From assembly GCF_004010195.1 (NCBI RefSeq), contig NC_057758.1, forward strand, positions 574,670-594,669: a stretch of DNA of 20,000 nt, given 5' to 3'. The translations under genes and the position numbers were made by a program. This document shows, one piece after another, positions 1 through 11,074 of the stretch (positions are counted from its first letter, which is position 1; each line of letters opens with the position of its first letter). The DNA comes from Chiloscyllium plagiosum (Eukaryota). The notes beneath the pieces are model-generated. The model was given only the letters and a program-made list of their open reading frames with translations, made no database searches and was not told the DNA's origin.

Positions 1-508
1 ATTGTTCAAAGAATGTGAAATCACTATGCACACAACTATCTCACATACACTGATCAACACATTAGCACTGAAATTTTGTAAGGTCACAACCAAACACAAT
101 AATAACTTTTCGGTGGTAGAGCTTTTTCTATGGTGGGTGTTGAGTTTCTTTGCAAAGTAGCCAAGCGGCTGTTCAATTCCATCATAATCTACGTGGAAAA
201 GCACAGCTGCAACCCCTGTATCGCCAGAATCGACTGCGATGTTGAACACGTTCAAAAGAATTGGTGTAGCTAAAACTGGTGCAGAGTTTAATACTGCGTT
301 TAAATTGTCAAATGTTTCTTGGCATTGCTGTGTCCACCGAAATGTTGTGTTCTTCTTCAGTAAAGATATTAGCTGTGCCACAAAACTGCTGAAGTTTACA
401 ACAAACTTCTGGGAGAAACCACTTAGTCCTACAAATCAAAGAACCTCTTTTGTCGAGGTTGATCATGTAAATTCCTCGATGGCCTTTCCTTTTGCGTTCT
501 TAGGGGTT
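1..508 (-). mobile_element. Ty3/Gypsy pol relic (copy A): RT C-terminus, connection and RNase H
   Basis: Minus-strand translation with stops reads ITPKNAKGKAIEEF..KEVL*FVGLSGFSQKFVVNFS..LLKKNTTFRWTQQCQETFDNLNAVLNSAPVLATP..IAVDSGDTGVAAVL..EQPLGYFAKKLN..STTEK, matching the Gypsy RNase H pattern (DAS..G.GAVL..PIAYFSKKL..YST.EKE). Confidence 0.9.
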
Positions 509-523
509 ATGTGTGTGTGTGTG
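509..523. repeat. Short (TG)n microsatellite
   Basis: atgtgtgtgtgtgtg; lies at the internal junction of Gypsy copy A. Confidence 0.8.
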
Positions 524-559
524 AATGTTTGTTTATTTATTTGGTAATTATTGGCTCGT

Positions 560-1118
560 CTTTCTGTTGAAAGTCCATTCGCCTTGCAGTACTAAACATC
601 TCTGCCTGACTCTGTGTCTATTCAGGTTTTTTTCCTGCACAGTTACATCAACTGGGGTGTTCTCCAATTGAGCCTCAAACCGTTGAACTTTCAATTTAGT
701 TTTTGTTCATGCCGTATCTTATGAAAATGGGATTTTGCTACTGCACAGTCTGGAAATTTTCCAATCAATTTGTCTTTCAATCCTCAGTGTCCTTGTCTTT
801 CTTTGGCTTCTCCTCAAAAAGAAGTGTCCCAAAAACAAAGTGTATATCTGGAACAGACATTCTGACAATGACTCCGAGTATAACTTTCCCAATTTTGTTT
901 TGGCTCTCCAAACTGATGTAACATTGGGAAACGTAAAGTTTCTCTCCACCTATCCTACCAATTTCCACTTCCACCGGTAAAAGAACGGAAAAAGTGCAAA
1001 AACATTCATATATTCCTGCTCAAGACTCATGATATTCTGTATCTCTGTAAATAATAACTATGTCCCTTCTCCTCTGGTTCTTTCTGAGTAAACTTTACCA
1101 AAGTGGTATTCTGCGAGA
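560..1118 (-). mobile_element. Ty3/Gypsy relic (copy A): aspartic protease and downstream linker
   Basis: GKVYSERTRGEG..IVIIYRDTE (decayed ILRDTG site), then ORF 777-974 ISLESQNKIGKVILGVIVRMSVPDIHFVFG..EEKPK. Paralogous to about 5570-5950 in this window. Confidence 0.8.
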
Positions 1119-1121
1119 GAG

Positions 1122-2793
1122 ACATAGAACAATGCAGCACGGAACTAGCCCTTCGGACTTCGATTTTGCACCGACCTGTGGACCAATCTGAGCACGCCCA
1201 TCATTAATCATGGAATGTTTAAATTCCCCTAATGTGCTGAGCTAACTACATTTTCAGTCAGGGCATTCCACGCCCTTACCCTTCCCTGAGTGAAGAACCT
1301 GCTTCTGACATCTGTCTTAAATCTATCACCCCACAGTTTGCAGCTATGCCCTCTCGTACAAACCGATGTCAACACTCGAGGAAAAAGACTCTCACTGCCC
1401 ATACTTTCTAATCCTCTGATCATCTTGTATGTTTCTAATAAATCCCCTTTTCGCCTTCTTCTCTCCAACGAGAACAGATCCAAGTCCATCAGCCTTTCCT
1501 CATAAGACCCTCGATCCAGACCAGGCAACAAATTGGATAATTTCCTCTGCAACGATTGTAATGCTTCCGCGTCTTTCATGTAATTGGGCGAACAGAACTG
1601 TACACAATAGTCCAAGTGAGGACAACTGGCGTTTTCAACAGTTGTAGCTTAATATCACGGCTCAGGAACTCAATCCCTCTCCCAATAAAACCCAGCACAT
1701 CGTATGCCTTCTTAACAGCACGATTAACCTGCATGGAAACTTTCGGGAGTCTCCATACTTGGACACGAAGAATCCTCTGCACATCCACACTTGCAAGAAT
1801 CTTTCCATTGACACAGTGTGCTGTCTTTCTGTTATTCTTCCCAAAGTCAAACACTTCACATTTATCTGCATTTGCCACCTCTCAGCGTAATTCTGCAGTT
1901 TCTATATGTCCCCCTGCAATCTGCAACATTCTTCCACACTGCCCACCACTCCACCGACGTTGGTGTCATCAGCAAACTTACTAATCCATTCACCGAAACC
2001 CACGTCCAAGTCATTTATAAAAGTGACAAACCTAAAAACAGATCCTTGTGACACACTACAAGCAATCGTATCCAAGCTGAATATTTTCCATCAACCAACA
2101 CTCATTATCTTCTTACAGAAAACCAGTTTCTAATCGAAACTGCTAAATCGCCCTCAATAAATTGCCTCTGCATTTTGCCCATTGGCCTACCACGTGGAAC
2201 CTTATCAAAGGCTCTACTGAAGTCCATGCACAACACATGAACTGCCTTACCCTCATCCGCATGCTTGGTCAACTTCGCAATAAACTCAATGAGGTTTGTG
2301 AGACACAAGCTGTCCTTGAGGAAAACATGTTTACTATTCAATCAAATTGCTACTTACCAGATGATTATAAATCCTATCTCTTATAATCCTTTCGAAAACT
2401 TTTCCTACGACAAACATAAGGCTCACCGTTCTTTGATTACCAGGGTCATGTCTACTGCGCTTCTAGAACAAGTACACAATATTTGCAAACCTACAGTACT
2501 CTGGTCCTAAAACCTGTAGACAACGACGACGACAAAGGTTCCACCATCTCTTCCTTAGCATCACAGATAATCCTCTAATATCATGTATCTCACTCTTCCC
2601 CTCTACATTATCCTTTGCTGAATGAGAAATATTCGTTTAGCAACTCACCCACTACCATAGCGTCCACACAGAACTTTCCACTTCTGTCTTTGACTGGCTC
2701 TATTGCTACTCTAACCATCCTTTTATTCTTCACATATGGAGAGAAAGCCTTCGGGTTCTCCTTTCTTCTACCTGCTAAAGACTGTTCATGTCC
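1122..2793 (-). mobile_element. CR1-clade LINE, decayed ORF2 RT domain and 3' tail
   Basis: SLCLTNLIEF..DEGKAVHVLCMDFSRAFDKVP (ORF 2105-2341); KFADDT at about 1962-1979; KCEVFDFGKNN, LGFIGRGIEF, LDYCVQFCSP, LFSLERRRRKGDLLETYK; 3' tail catagaacaatgcagcac at about 1122. Confidence 0.95.
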
Positions 2794-4325
2794 AAATATT
2801 TTCGTATAACAGACGTAAGGCTCACTCATGCATTATGACCTGTGTCATCTCTACTGCCCTTCTTGAACAAGGGCGCAGCATTTGCAATCCTGTAGTCCTC
2901 TGGTACGAAATCTGTAAACAATAACGACTAAAACGTCAAGGACAAAGGTTCCGCAATCTCCTCCCTTGCTTCCCAGAGAATCCTCGAATAAAACTAATTT
3001 GGCCCAGAGGACTTATTTATATTCACACATTCTGTAAATGATAACACCGCAATCTTATTAACCTTAATATTTTCCAGTGTAATAACTCGTATCTCAATCT
3101 TCTCCTCGACAATATTTTCCTTTTCCTGTGTGAAAACAGATGAAAAATATTGGTTCATCAACTCTCTGTTCTCCACATGGTCCACAAACAACTTCCCACT
3201 TCTGTCTTTGACTGGACCTATTCCTACCGGAGTCATCTTTTGTTCATCACATACACATATAAAGTTTTAGGGTTCTATTTTATTCTAACTGCTAAAGACT
3301 GCTCATGTCCCTTCCTTGTTCTTCGTAACTCTCGCTTTAAATCCTTCCTTGCTAATCTTTAACTCTCCTTTCCTCACCTGAACCATCGCTTCTGCATGCC
3401 ACATACGGCTTCCTCTTCCACGTAACAAGAGATGCAATTTCTTTAGTAAACGACGGTTTCGTTTTCTTATCACTTCCTCCCTACCTAACAGTGACATACC
3501 AGTCAAGGACACGCAATATCTCCTCCTTAAACCAGTTCCACATTGCGATGGTCCCCATCCCCTGCATTTTGCTATCCCATTCTATGCCTCCTAAGCCTTG
3601 CCTAAACGCATTATAATTGCCCTTCCCCCATTTATAATACTTACTCTGTGGCCTATATCTATCCCTTTACATCGCTAAACTAATCGTAACTGAATTATGA
3701 TCATTCTCTCCAATGTGCTCACCGATAACTAAAACAAACATCTGGCCTGGTTTATTAGCAAGTACCAGATCCAGTCTGGCCTCCCTTCGTGGCAGCCCTT
3801 CGACATACTGTGTCAGGAAACCCTCCTGCTCACATTGGACAAAACCTGATCCAGCCGAAGTACGAGAGTTACAGCATTTCTAGTCAATGTTGGGGAAGTT
3901 AAAGTTCCCCAAAATGCCCACCCTGTTCCTTTCACTCCTGCCCAGAATTGTTTTATCAATAATCTATTCCACATCCCTGGAAGTTTGCAGAGGTCTATAG
4001 AAAATCCCAGCTGTATGACCTCTCTTCTCCTGTTTCTAACGTCAGCCCATATTATCTCAGGAGACGAGTCCTTGTCAAAATATCTTTCAGACACTGTTAT
4101 ACTGTCCTTGACTAACAAAAACATGCCTCCCCCTCTTCTACCGCCGTCCCTGACCTGATTGAAAGATCGAAACCCTGGAACCTGCAACATCCATTCCTGA
4201 CCCTGTTCTATTCATGTCTCCGAAATGGCCGCAACATCGAAATCCCAGGCACCTATCCATACTGCAAGCTCACCTCCGTCATTCTGGATACTCCTGGAGT
4301 TGAAGTAGACACATTTCATGCCAGC
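2794..4325 (-). mobile_element. CR1-clade LINE, decayed ORF2: APE endonuclease, linker and pre-RT region
   Basis: MKCVYFNSRSI..DFDVAAISET (4212-4319), GFRSFNQVRDGGRRGGGMFLLVKDSI, GNFNFPN (about 3890-3910), EHIGENDHN (about 3693-3720), IGPVKDRSG..NQYFSSVFTQE..KSSGPN. Confidence 0.93.
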
Positions 4326-4790
4326 TTGCTGTCTGCCAGCACAATCCTGTGACTGTGAATTCCTGTCCATGTTCTCCCTACTCTCATGCTCTTGTGTACT
4401 GCACCACACCAGTGTGTCCCATTTCCCCTGTTGAACTCGTTTAAATTCGCCGCAGCAGCACTAGCACATTTCCCACCCAGGATATTATTACCTCTCGGAT
4501 TAACGTGAAGACCATCCTCTTTGTAGAGTTCCCACCTTCCCCAGATTGACCCCCAATTATCCATATACTGGAAATCCTCCCTCCTGCACTATCCCTGCAA
4601 CCACGTGTTCAGCTGCTATCTCTCCCTGTTCTTCGCCTCGCTACCAGGTGGAACGCGAAACAAACTAGACATGACAACGCTGTTTGTTCTAGTATTCAGC
4701 TTCCACCCGAGCTCCCTGAAATCCTGCCTTACATCTCTATCCCTCTTTTTACCAATGTCGTTGGTACTTATGCAGACCATGCCTTAGCGC
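4326..4790 (-). mobile_element. CR1 ORF1 C-terminal SGNH-type esterase domain (5'-truncated, with stops) and inter-ORF region
   Basis: VCISTNDIGKKRD..FRELGWKL..QLNTWLQG*CRREDFQYMDNWGSIWGRWELYKEDGLHVNPRGNNILGG: GxND-like and DGLH blocks of the CR1 ORF1 esterase. Confidence 0.88.
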
Positions 4791-4799
4791 TGGTCATTT

Positions 4800-5335
4800 A
4801 ATGCTTCTCTCTGTATAACCAATACCACGTGGAAAAAAAACTATTAACCCTTTTTTGCCTTAAATCTCCAGGATGGAATTTCCTCCGAAAATCTAGTAGA
4901 CACATTCATTATGGTTAGCAAATAATGGTTCCTAGATTCTTTTACCGAATGGAACCGGCGCAATCAATTATGATCCGCGTGAAACGTTCTTAAAATGCAG
5001 GAATTGGCCATAAAGGTGCACGTTTTATTGCTGCCTGTGAATTACCGACAATTTGGAACGCATGACATGTCTAGCAAATTTTAACAACATTCCTAAGCAA
5101 TCCAGGACAAGAGAAATGATTTTGTACCTTAGCCTGTGAGTTCTACACACCGAGGTGACCTCCTATTGGTAGTTCCTTTGTTGCCCGCAGCACTTACTGT
5201 CTGTATGTTACTAGCAACGCAATTTGGTCTATTTCTGGCCATTTCTGCACCGCACGAACCTGCCGTGGTCTCCATTTCCTCTTAGGATTTTATCTTTCGT
5301 ATAATAAACCTCAGGAATACGGTCTGACCAGTTTT
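4800..5335 (-). mobile_element. Ty3/Gypsy integrase relic (copy B): Zn-binding region and start of catalytic core
   Basis: KWRPRQV..KWPEIDQIAL..YRQ*VLRATKELPIGGHLGV..AKVQNHFSCPGLLRNVVKIC*TCHAFQIVG..APLWPIPAF..HYLLTIMNVSTRFSEEIP, matching GHLG..FYWPG..CxxC..YLLTIMD..TRFPEAIP. Confidence 0.9.
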
Positions 5336-5960
5336 TTGAGTATTTATCAATGCATATATCATTAATTGTCTCGTCTTTCTTTTGTAAGTCTATTAGCCTC
5401 TCAAACCTAAATACGTTGGCCTGATACTTGCCTATTAAGGTATATCTTGCACAATTTCATCAAACAGGGTGTTTGCGAACGGATTCTCAACTCATTTTTT
5501 TCTTTCTCTAAACTTTTGCTTCGTGGTGTGATGTATCACAGTGGGATCTTGTTATTACCCAGTCTGGAAGAGTTCCAGGTTATTTTTTTAACTCCTCAAT
5601 ATCATGTTCGTCCTTTGGCTTCTCCACCGCAAGGCGTGTCACTCCCAACTTGGATCCCGCGAAATCGTTCCCAAGAGCAGATAGTATTCCTGGAATTGAC
5701 AGTCTGTCAATCACTCACATTGTTACGTCTCCAGGTTTGTGTTGTCAGTCCAACCTGATCTTACATAGGGGAACGCTAAATGTATGTCTGTTTCTTCCAC
5801 AACTTACCACTCTCTCGAGTCGAAAGTCAGAGTGCAAATAAGTTGACCCTAACTATTAGAGATGGTTAGATCCTGTTCCCCTCAAAAAAACAACTTCTTT
5901 CCCTTCTCACCTGGTCTTCCTGAGTAAATTTTACCCACAGAGGCGAATTATGTGTAGAGA
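5336..5960 (-). mobile_element. Ty3/Gypsy protease and linker relic (copy B)
   Basis: FASVGKIYSGRPGEKG..VVFLRGTGS (decayed LRDTGS at about 5865-5890)..SVPLCKIRLD..VIDRLSIPGILSALGNDFAGSKLGV..VEKPK; LGND motif of retropepsins. Confidence 0.85.
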
Positions 5961-7333
5961 TCTGGCACGAACTCCTCATCCAGCCTCTGCTTTGGATGTG
6001 CAATCTCCTGCAGCTTCTCGACTTCTCATGGGGTTTCCTTTACTACTTTCACTAATGCCATTGGCTTAGCCTTTTTTACCACATCTATTACCACAAAGCC
6101 TTTCTGTAAAGACCAGCACTGTGACTTTATGCACTGTGACTTTATATTACTTTTCTTTGGGTAGTGAAAATAACATTTCCCCAGCTCCCTTCTAAAACTA
6201 TCGGCACTGATATTTTCTGTGTCCCACACCATTACAGTGAAAACACCTGAGGCCTTTCACCTCTATTCCACCCTCTTGGGTTTCCTTTTCCACCTGTGGT
6301 ACACTATTACCAGTGTGCTTTACTCTTTATGTTGTCATGTAGCTTCTCTGCTTCTCTTAATTTCTACCACATTACTGGATGAAATTCTTGCTGGAAGCTA
6401 GTTTTTAACTTATGCACCAATGCATATTCTTCTGCCGTCTCTGCTGCCTTCTTGAACTTTCTGGTCATCCACATGAACTCTTAGTATCGCGAGAAGTGAG
6501 ATTTTAAACTTCTCCAGCAGAATAATCACTTTTAGAGCATCATAGGTCTTATCTAAATTTAAGGCCTGCACCCATTTATCTAAGTTACTCTGTTTATTTT
6601 TTTCGAACTCTACATAAATCTGAATTGTTTCCTTCTTTATATTTCTGACCTTCAGTCTATAGTTTTTGGTACAATTTTATAATCACTCAAAATAGCCTGT
6701 TTGGTAGTTGTGTATTATATTGACCCCTCATCTGATAGTGCTGCAAATACCCAACACGCTCTGCTTTCTAGATAAGTCTGAACTCGCATTACACAGAATT
6801 TGTCTGGCCATTCCATCTGCCTCGGCAATTTTTAAAATGTATTAAAGAATGCTTCGACACATTCTCATCATAATGTTGCAATGTTTTAGCGTATTTGTAT
6901 CTATCAATATCTTGTCTCGTCATCTCCATACAGTTGACTTCACTCTCCTGACTAATTCGCAACGTCTGGAGTTGAAATTCTCTTTCCCTTTCTTTTTCTT
7001 ATCTTTTCTTTTCTCTTTCTTGTCTCTCTTTTTCTCTTTGTTCAACTAAGAACGTTCTTTTCCTTTCTTTATTTTCTACCTCCATTTTCCTTAATTTTAA
7101 TTCAGGTTTTTCAACTCTACTACACTTGTTTGTTTCATTGATACACAGAGGTGCTCGACTATGTCTCTGAATGCTTCAGCTTTGCATTTATCCCTGGAGA
7201 GGCCCAATTCTAACCTACTTAGTAATTCTAAAAGAGTGGCCTTCTTCTTTCTTTCTAAACTTTCTTGGTAAATTTGGAAGGCATGTTCAAACCCCAGAAA
7301 TTCTTTAGCAATTTTAAGAGCCATTTCTCTCAC
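5961..7333 (-). mobile_element. Ty3/Gypsy gag relic (copy B): N-terminus, charged coiled coil, capsid/SCAN-like region, CCHC zinc knuckle
   Basis: ORF 7097-7333 MALKIAKEFLG..LLELLSRLELGL; K/E/R-rich tract about 6980-7090; RQMEWP..VFAALSDEGS near 6725-6825; intact CFHCNGVGHRKYQC at 6204-6245. Confidence 0.85.
6116..6145. repeat. 15-bp perfect tandem duplication
   Basis: gcactgtgactttat x2. Confidence 0.95.
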
Positions 7334-7503
7334 GTTAAATTTAACCGACGAAAATGAACCATTTTTAAAGAAAAATCACCTACGTTTGTTTAGAAGATCA
7401 ACGCCACTCATCAGCATGTGTTTAAATCTGCTGGGATCTTTCATAAATTAAATCTATTCAAATCTGTCCAAATCTCAGATTTGTTCTGTCTAAACCTGTC
7501 CAT

Positions 7504-7521
7504 ATCGTGGACGTCCCACAA
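7504..7521 (-). promoter_or_regulatory. Degenerate primer-binding site, tRNA-Pro-like
   Basis: Minus strand ..ggcaaca gtt TGTGGGACGTCCACGAT versus PBS-Pro TGGGGGCTCGTCCGGGAT; directly follows a CA end and precedes gag. Confidence 0.5.
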
Positions 7522-7670
7522 ACTGTTGCCACATGATGGTGAACCCTTCTGCTAACTAAACCCAAAAAAACTCAACTCGCTTCATATTCTGTTAAATATG
7601 TGTGGCGGAGAATTCCTACATTCCACTATGTAAAGCAAATAGTATTAGTTTGGTATTTAAGTCTAAAAGT

Positions 7671-8860
7671 CAATATTGGTTGCACAAAAGGAGGCAGAGA
7701 GTAGTCATTGAAGGGAGTTTCTCGAAATGGAGAAAGGTGACCAGTGGTGTTCCACAGGGGTCAATACTGGGGCCACTATTGTTTGTAATATACGTAAATG
7801 ATGGAGAAGAGGGAACTGTTGGTATGATCAGCAAGTTTGCAGATGAAACGAAGATTGGTGGAGTAGCAGAAAGCATAAGGGACTGTCAGAGAATACAGGA
7901 GGATATAGATAGACTGGAGAGTTGGGCGGAAAATTGGGAGATGGCTTTCAATCCAGACAAATGTGAGGTGATGCATTTAGGCAAGTCTAATTTTGGAACG
8001 AATTATACAATGAATGGAAGAGCTTGGGAAAGGTTGTTGGGCAGAGTACCGCTTTCCCCTCATCAACCTCCTTCATCACCTTTTCAAAGAATTTAGGCAA
8101 GTCTAATTTTGGAACGAATTATACAATGAATGGAAGAGCTTGGGAAAGGTTGTTGGGCAGAGTGATCTGGGAGTGCAGATCCATTGTACCCTGAGGGTTG
8201 CCACACACGTGGATAGCGTGGTTAAGAAGGCATATAGTATGCTTGCCTTCATTAGACGGGGTATTGAGTATAAAAGCTCATGTTAAAATTGTACAAGATA
8301 TTTGTTCGGCCGCATTTAGAATACTGTGCACAGTTCTGATCACCACATTACCAAAAGGATGTGGATGCTTTGGAGAGGTTGCAGAGAAGGTTTATGAGGA
8401 CGTTGCCTGGTATTGAAGGTGCTACCTATGAAGAGAGGTTGAGTAGGTTTGGTTTATTTACATTACAGAAAAGGAGATTGAGGGGAGACCTGATTGAGAT
8501 TTACAAAATCATGAAGGGTATAGGCAGGATGGATAGAGACAAGCTTTATCCCAGGGTGAAGGATTCAATAACGAGAGGTCATGCATTCAAGGTGAGAGGT
8601 GGAAAGTTTAAGGGGGACACACGTGGCAAGTACTTCACACAGAGGGCGGTGGTCGTTTGGAACGCGTTGCCAGCAGAGGTAGTAGAGGTAGGCACGGTAG
8701 ATTTATTTCAGGTGCGACTGGACAGGTGCATAAGTAGGTGGGGAGCGAAGGGATACAAATGCTTAGGAATTTACCGACAGGTTTAGGCAGTATATTTGGA
8801 TTGGTTCAGGCTTGGAGGGCCGAAGGGCCTGTTCCTGGGCTGTAAATTTTCTTTGTGCTT
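7671..8860 (+). mobile_element. 5'-truncated CR1 LINE (RT C-half and 3' UTR)
   Basis: WLHKRRQRVVIEG..VTSGVPQGSILGPLLFVIYVND..KFADETKIGG..FNPDKCEVMHLG; ORF 8361-8786 LERLQRRF..RRLRGDLIEIYKIM..TRGH..FTQRAVVVWNALP; tail ggcttggagggccgaagggcctgttcctgggctgt. Confidence 0.95.
7975..8163. repeat. 73-bp perfect direct repeat (7975-8047, 8091-8163) flanking a 43-bp insert
   Basis: Both copies read atttaggcaagtctaa...ggttgttgggcagagt with no differences by eye. Confidence 0.97.
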
Positions 8861-9749
8861 AATTGTACATCAACTATTCACAACGCTAAGTCCCCCTTTG
8901 TCTTCGCTGCTTGTTATCTGCCTCCAATTGAATAACAATAAAATGTTCCAATAACCATCTTTGTTCAAATGACATCATCTTAATTTCAAAACCACGTAGC
9001 AGTTGTCAGCTCCGGCGTCCTTCTTATTTCAATTGGATATCTTTCTTAGTCTTCTTTTGTCTTTTATTGCAAAGATGTTTCATATGAAAAACGCACCTTG
9101 GGCAGAATATGTTTTTGAAATGCAGTCTTTCTCGATGCAAGTTATGCTATCAGACTTTCAAAAGACTTGTTAATATAACGAATGTTATATTACGTTATAT
9201 TACCGCATTGGTTCGAGTTTGTCAAAATCAGTAAATTGAAAGTTGATTGGGTTTTAGTATCTCGCGGCATACTTCAAACTGGTGGTTAAATTCGAATTGT
9301 TGTCAAAACAGCAATATAACAGATATCTATTTCACAGCCATATGTTACAAATGTTGAAATCACAGTGCACTTTGAGACTGCTAGCTAGTCATATGGCAGG
9401 TGCTTGTAAGGACGCAGTGCAAAACAACACTCACTATTTCTTAAACGTACAATGCACGTCTTCAATTTCATAACACAAGTCATTAGTATCATGCAGTTCC
9501 CACTTTCTCACGCGGTATCCTCGTCTTAGTTTTGTTGACCACCAAGTTAAACCACCACCAGATGTTTCCCAATGGTTAAACATTCCATATGAGCTGCTAA
9601 TGTTTTCTTCGATATTGATGCGAAGTCAATCACCATCCTATCTTACCAACGTTCTCAAATTTCTACGAATCTGTGCCCTCATTGTGCCCTCATTGTGTAA
9701 CAAGAATTTAATCACTGTCTGATTTGCGGAAAGCCGTGAGGCAGGGAAA

Positions 9750-9915
9750 TGATATATTGACATTCATTGCAAGAGGTTTGGAATTCAAAACTAGAGATGT
9801 CTCAGTGAAGTTTAACAGCGCTTTCGTACATCCATATCTGGCTTAAACGTGTAAATTTGGTCTCCTTTGCTCAATCCACTGCGGATGATATTCTCATCAC
9901 TATTGGAGTGCCGAT
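9750..9915 (+). mobile_element. Old CR1 fragment
   Basis: ILTFIARGLEFKTRDV..HPYL..WSP. Confidence 0.7.
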
Positions 9916-9919
9916 GGAG

Positions 9920-10340
9920 ACTTCTCTGCCACTCAAATTGATCGTGGCTGGTCTGATCATCATCAACCCTAAATATTCTGCAATTTCCCCATAATCCCCG
10001 ATTAAAGAACTCTGTATCACAGGCGATAATGAATTTTAGCACCAAATTCTCACAGTCCTCTGCAGAAAATAATTCTATTGATCCAGTACTGACTGAGTGA
10101 AAAAGATATTCCTCATCTCTGCCTGACATGGGCGATCCCTTATTCAGAATGGATGTCCTCTGGTCCAAGACATTCCCACAAGGGGAAATAAAAACACTGA
10201 ACTCATTTCTCCTGTCAGGTGCAGTTAGAATCTTGTCAATACAATAAGGTCGCCTCTTATTCTTCTAAACTCCAATGATTGCATGCCTAACCTACTCAAC
10301 CTGTCCTCATACGACAGCCCCTCTTCATCGGGGATCAGAC
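9920..10340 (-). mobile_element. Old CR1 3' fragment
   Basis: Reverse strand gives ggggctgtcgtatgaggacaggttgagtaggttaggc..ttggagtttagaagaataagaggcgaccttatt (LSYEDRLSRLG..LEFRRIRGDL) and a CR1-like 3' UTR. Confidence 0.8.
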
Positions 10341-10559
10341 CTTCTCAACAGCAAGGTGGGCAAGTGGGCTTGGTGTCCATAGCTGAAGTCTTGCGTGAGT
10401 ACATCCTTGAGGAAGTGATAGGCTGTACCGGCATCAGGTCTGCCAGTGTAAAGAGCAACGTTTTGCTGACCTGCTGAGCTGCCCTGGGCCCTGTCCAGCC
10501 TCAGCAGCTCCTTCAGGGCCTGACCACATTTCTGGATCAATCATTGCACTCCAAAAAAC

Positions 10560-10990
10560 GGTTTTGCTGGAATTGTATAAAACGTTGCTCAGGCCACAGC
10601 GAGAGCATTATGTGCACTTCTGGAATACACATGACAGGAGGGGTTGACCGCAGTGGATTGAGGTAGGGTTGAGGAGATTGGTCAATGTTTTGTCTGTAAT
10701 TATGAGATCCAGTTATGAAAGATATTGAACAAACTACAGGGAGGTTCCGCAAAACAGAAGAGATTGAGAGTGGACATGGTTGAGATGTACAAATTATTAG
10801 AGGAATAGACAATTTGGACATAAACAAACCGTTCCCCTTTACAGGGGGATCAATGTCCAGCTGCGTAGATTGAGAGTGAAGGTTAGAAAACATGCGCAAC
10901 TTATTTTCACCCACAGGGAAGTGGGAATCTAGAACTCAGTGTCGGAGGCGGAGGCAGTCATTGTCATAATATTGATGAAATAATTAAAAG
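10560..10990 (+). mobile_element. Old CR1 3' ORF2 fragment
   Basis: VLLELYKTLLRPQREHYVHFW; gaagagattgagagtggacatggttgagatgtacaaa; ttcacccacagggaagtgggaatc. Confidence 0.8.
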
Positions 10991-11074
10991 AATGTGTACA
11001 GAGGGATCTTGGGTTCTAAGTCGATAAATCAGGTCTAAAGAGCAGATCTGAGCACTATCCCTTTGAAAGTAGGT

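Larger units (their letters stand above)
7524..9475 (-). mobile_element. Probable 5' LTR of Gypsy copy B (7524-7670 plus 8861-9475), interrupted by a CR1
   Basis: Termini tgttg (7524) and ataaca (9475) give TGTT..AACA inverted ends; non-coding; abuts the putative PBS. Confidence 0.55.

Noticed and set aside
239..980. Plus-strand ORFs 239-547, 703-921 and 735-980 as genes
   Set aside because: They are antisense to the Gypsy pol and protease relics.
7975..8163. CRISPR-like repeat-spacer-repeat
   Set aside because: Eukaryotic LINE context, only two 73-bp copies, and both repeat and insert are CR1 sequence.
7602..8786. ORFs 7602-8096 and 8361-8786 as functional CDS
   Set aside because: They are fragments of a 5'-truncated CR1 with FADD changed to FADE, an insertion and frameshifts.
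9672..9697. 11-bp tandem tgtgccctcat x2.4
   Set aside because: Ordinary slippage duplication; no array or spacers.
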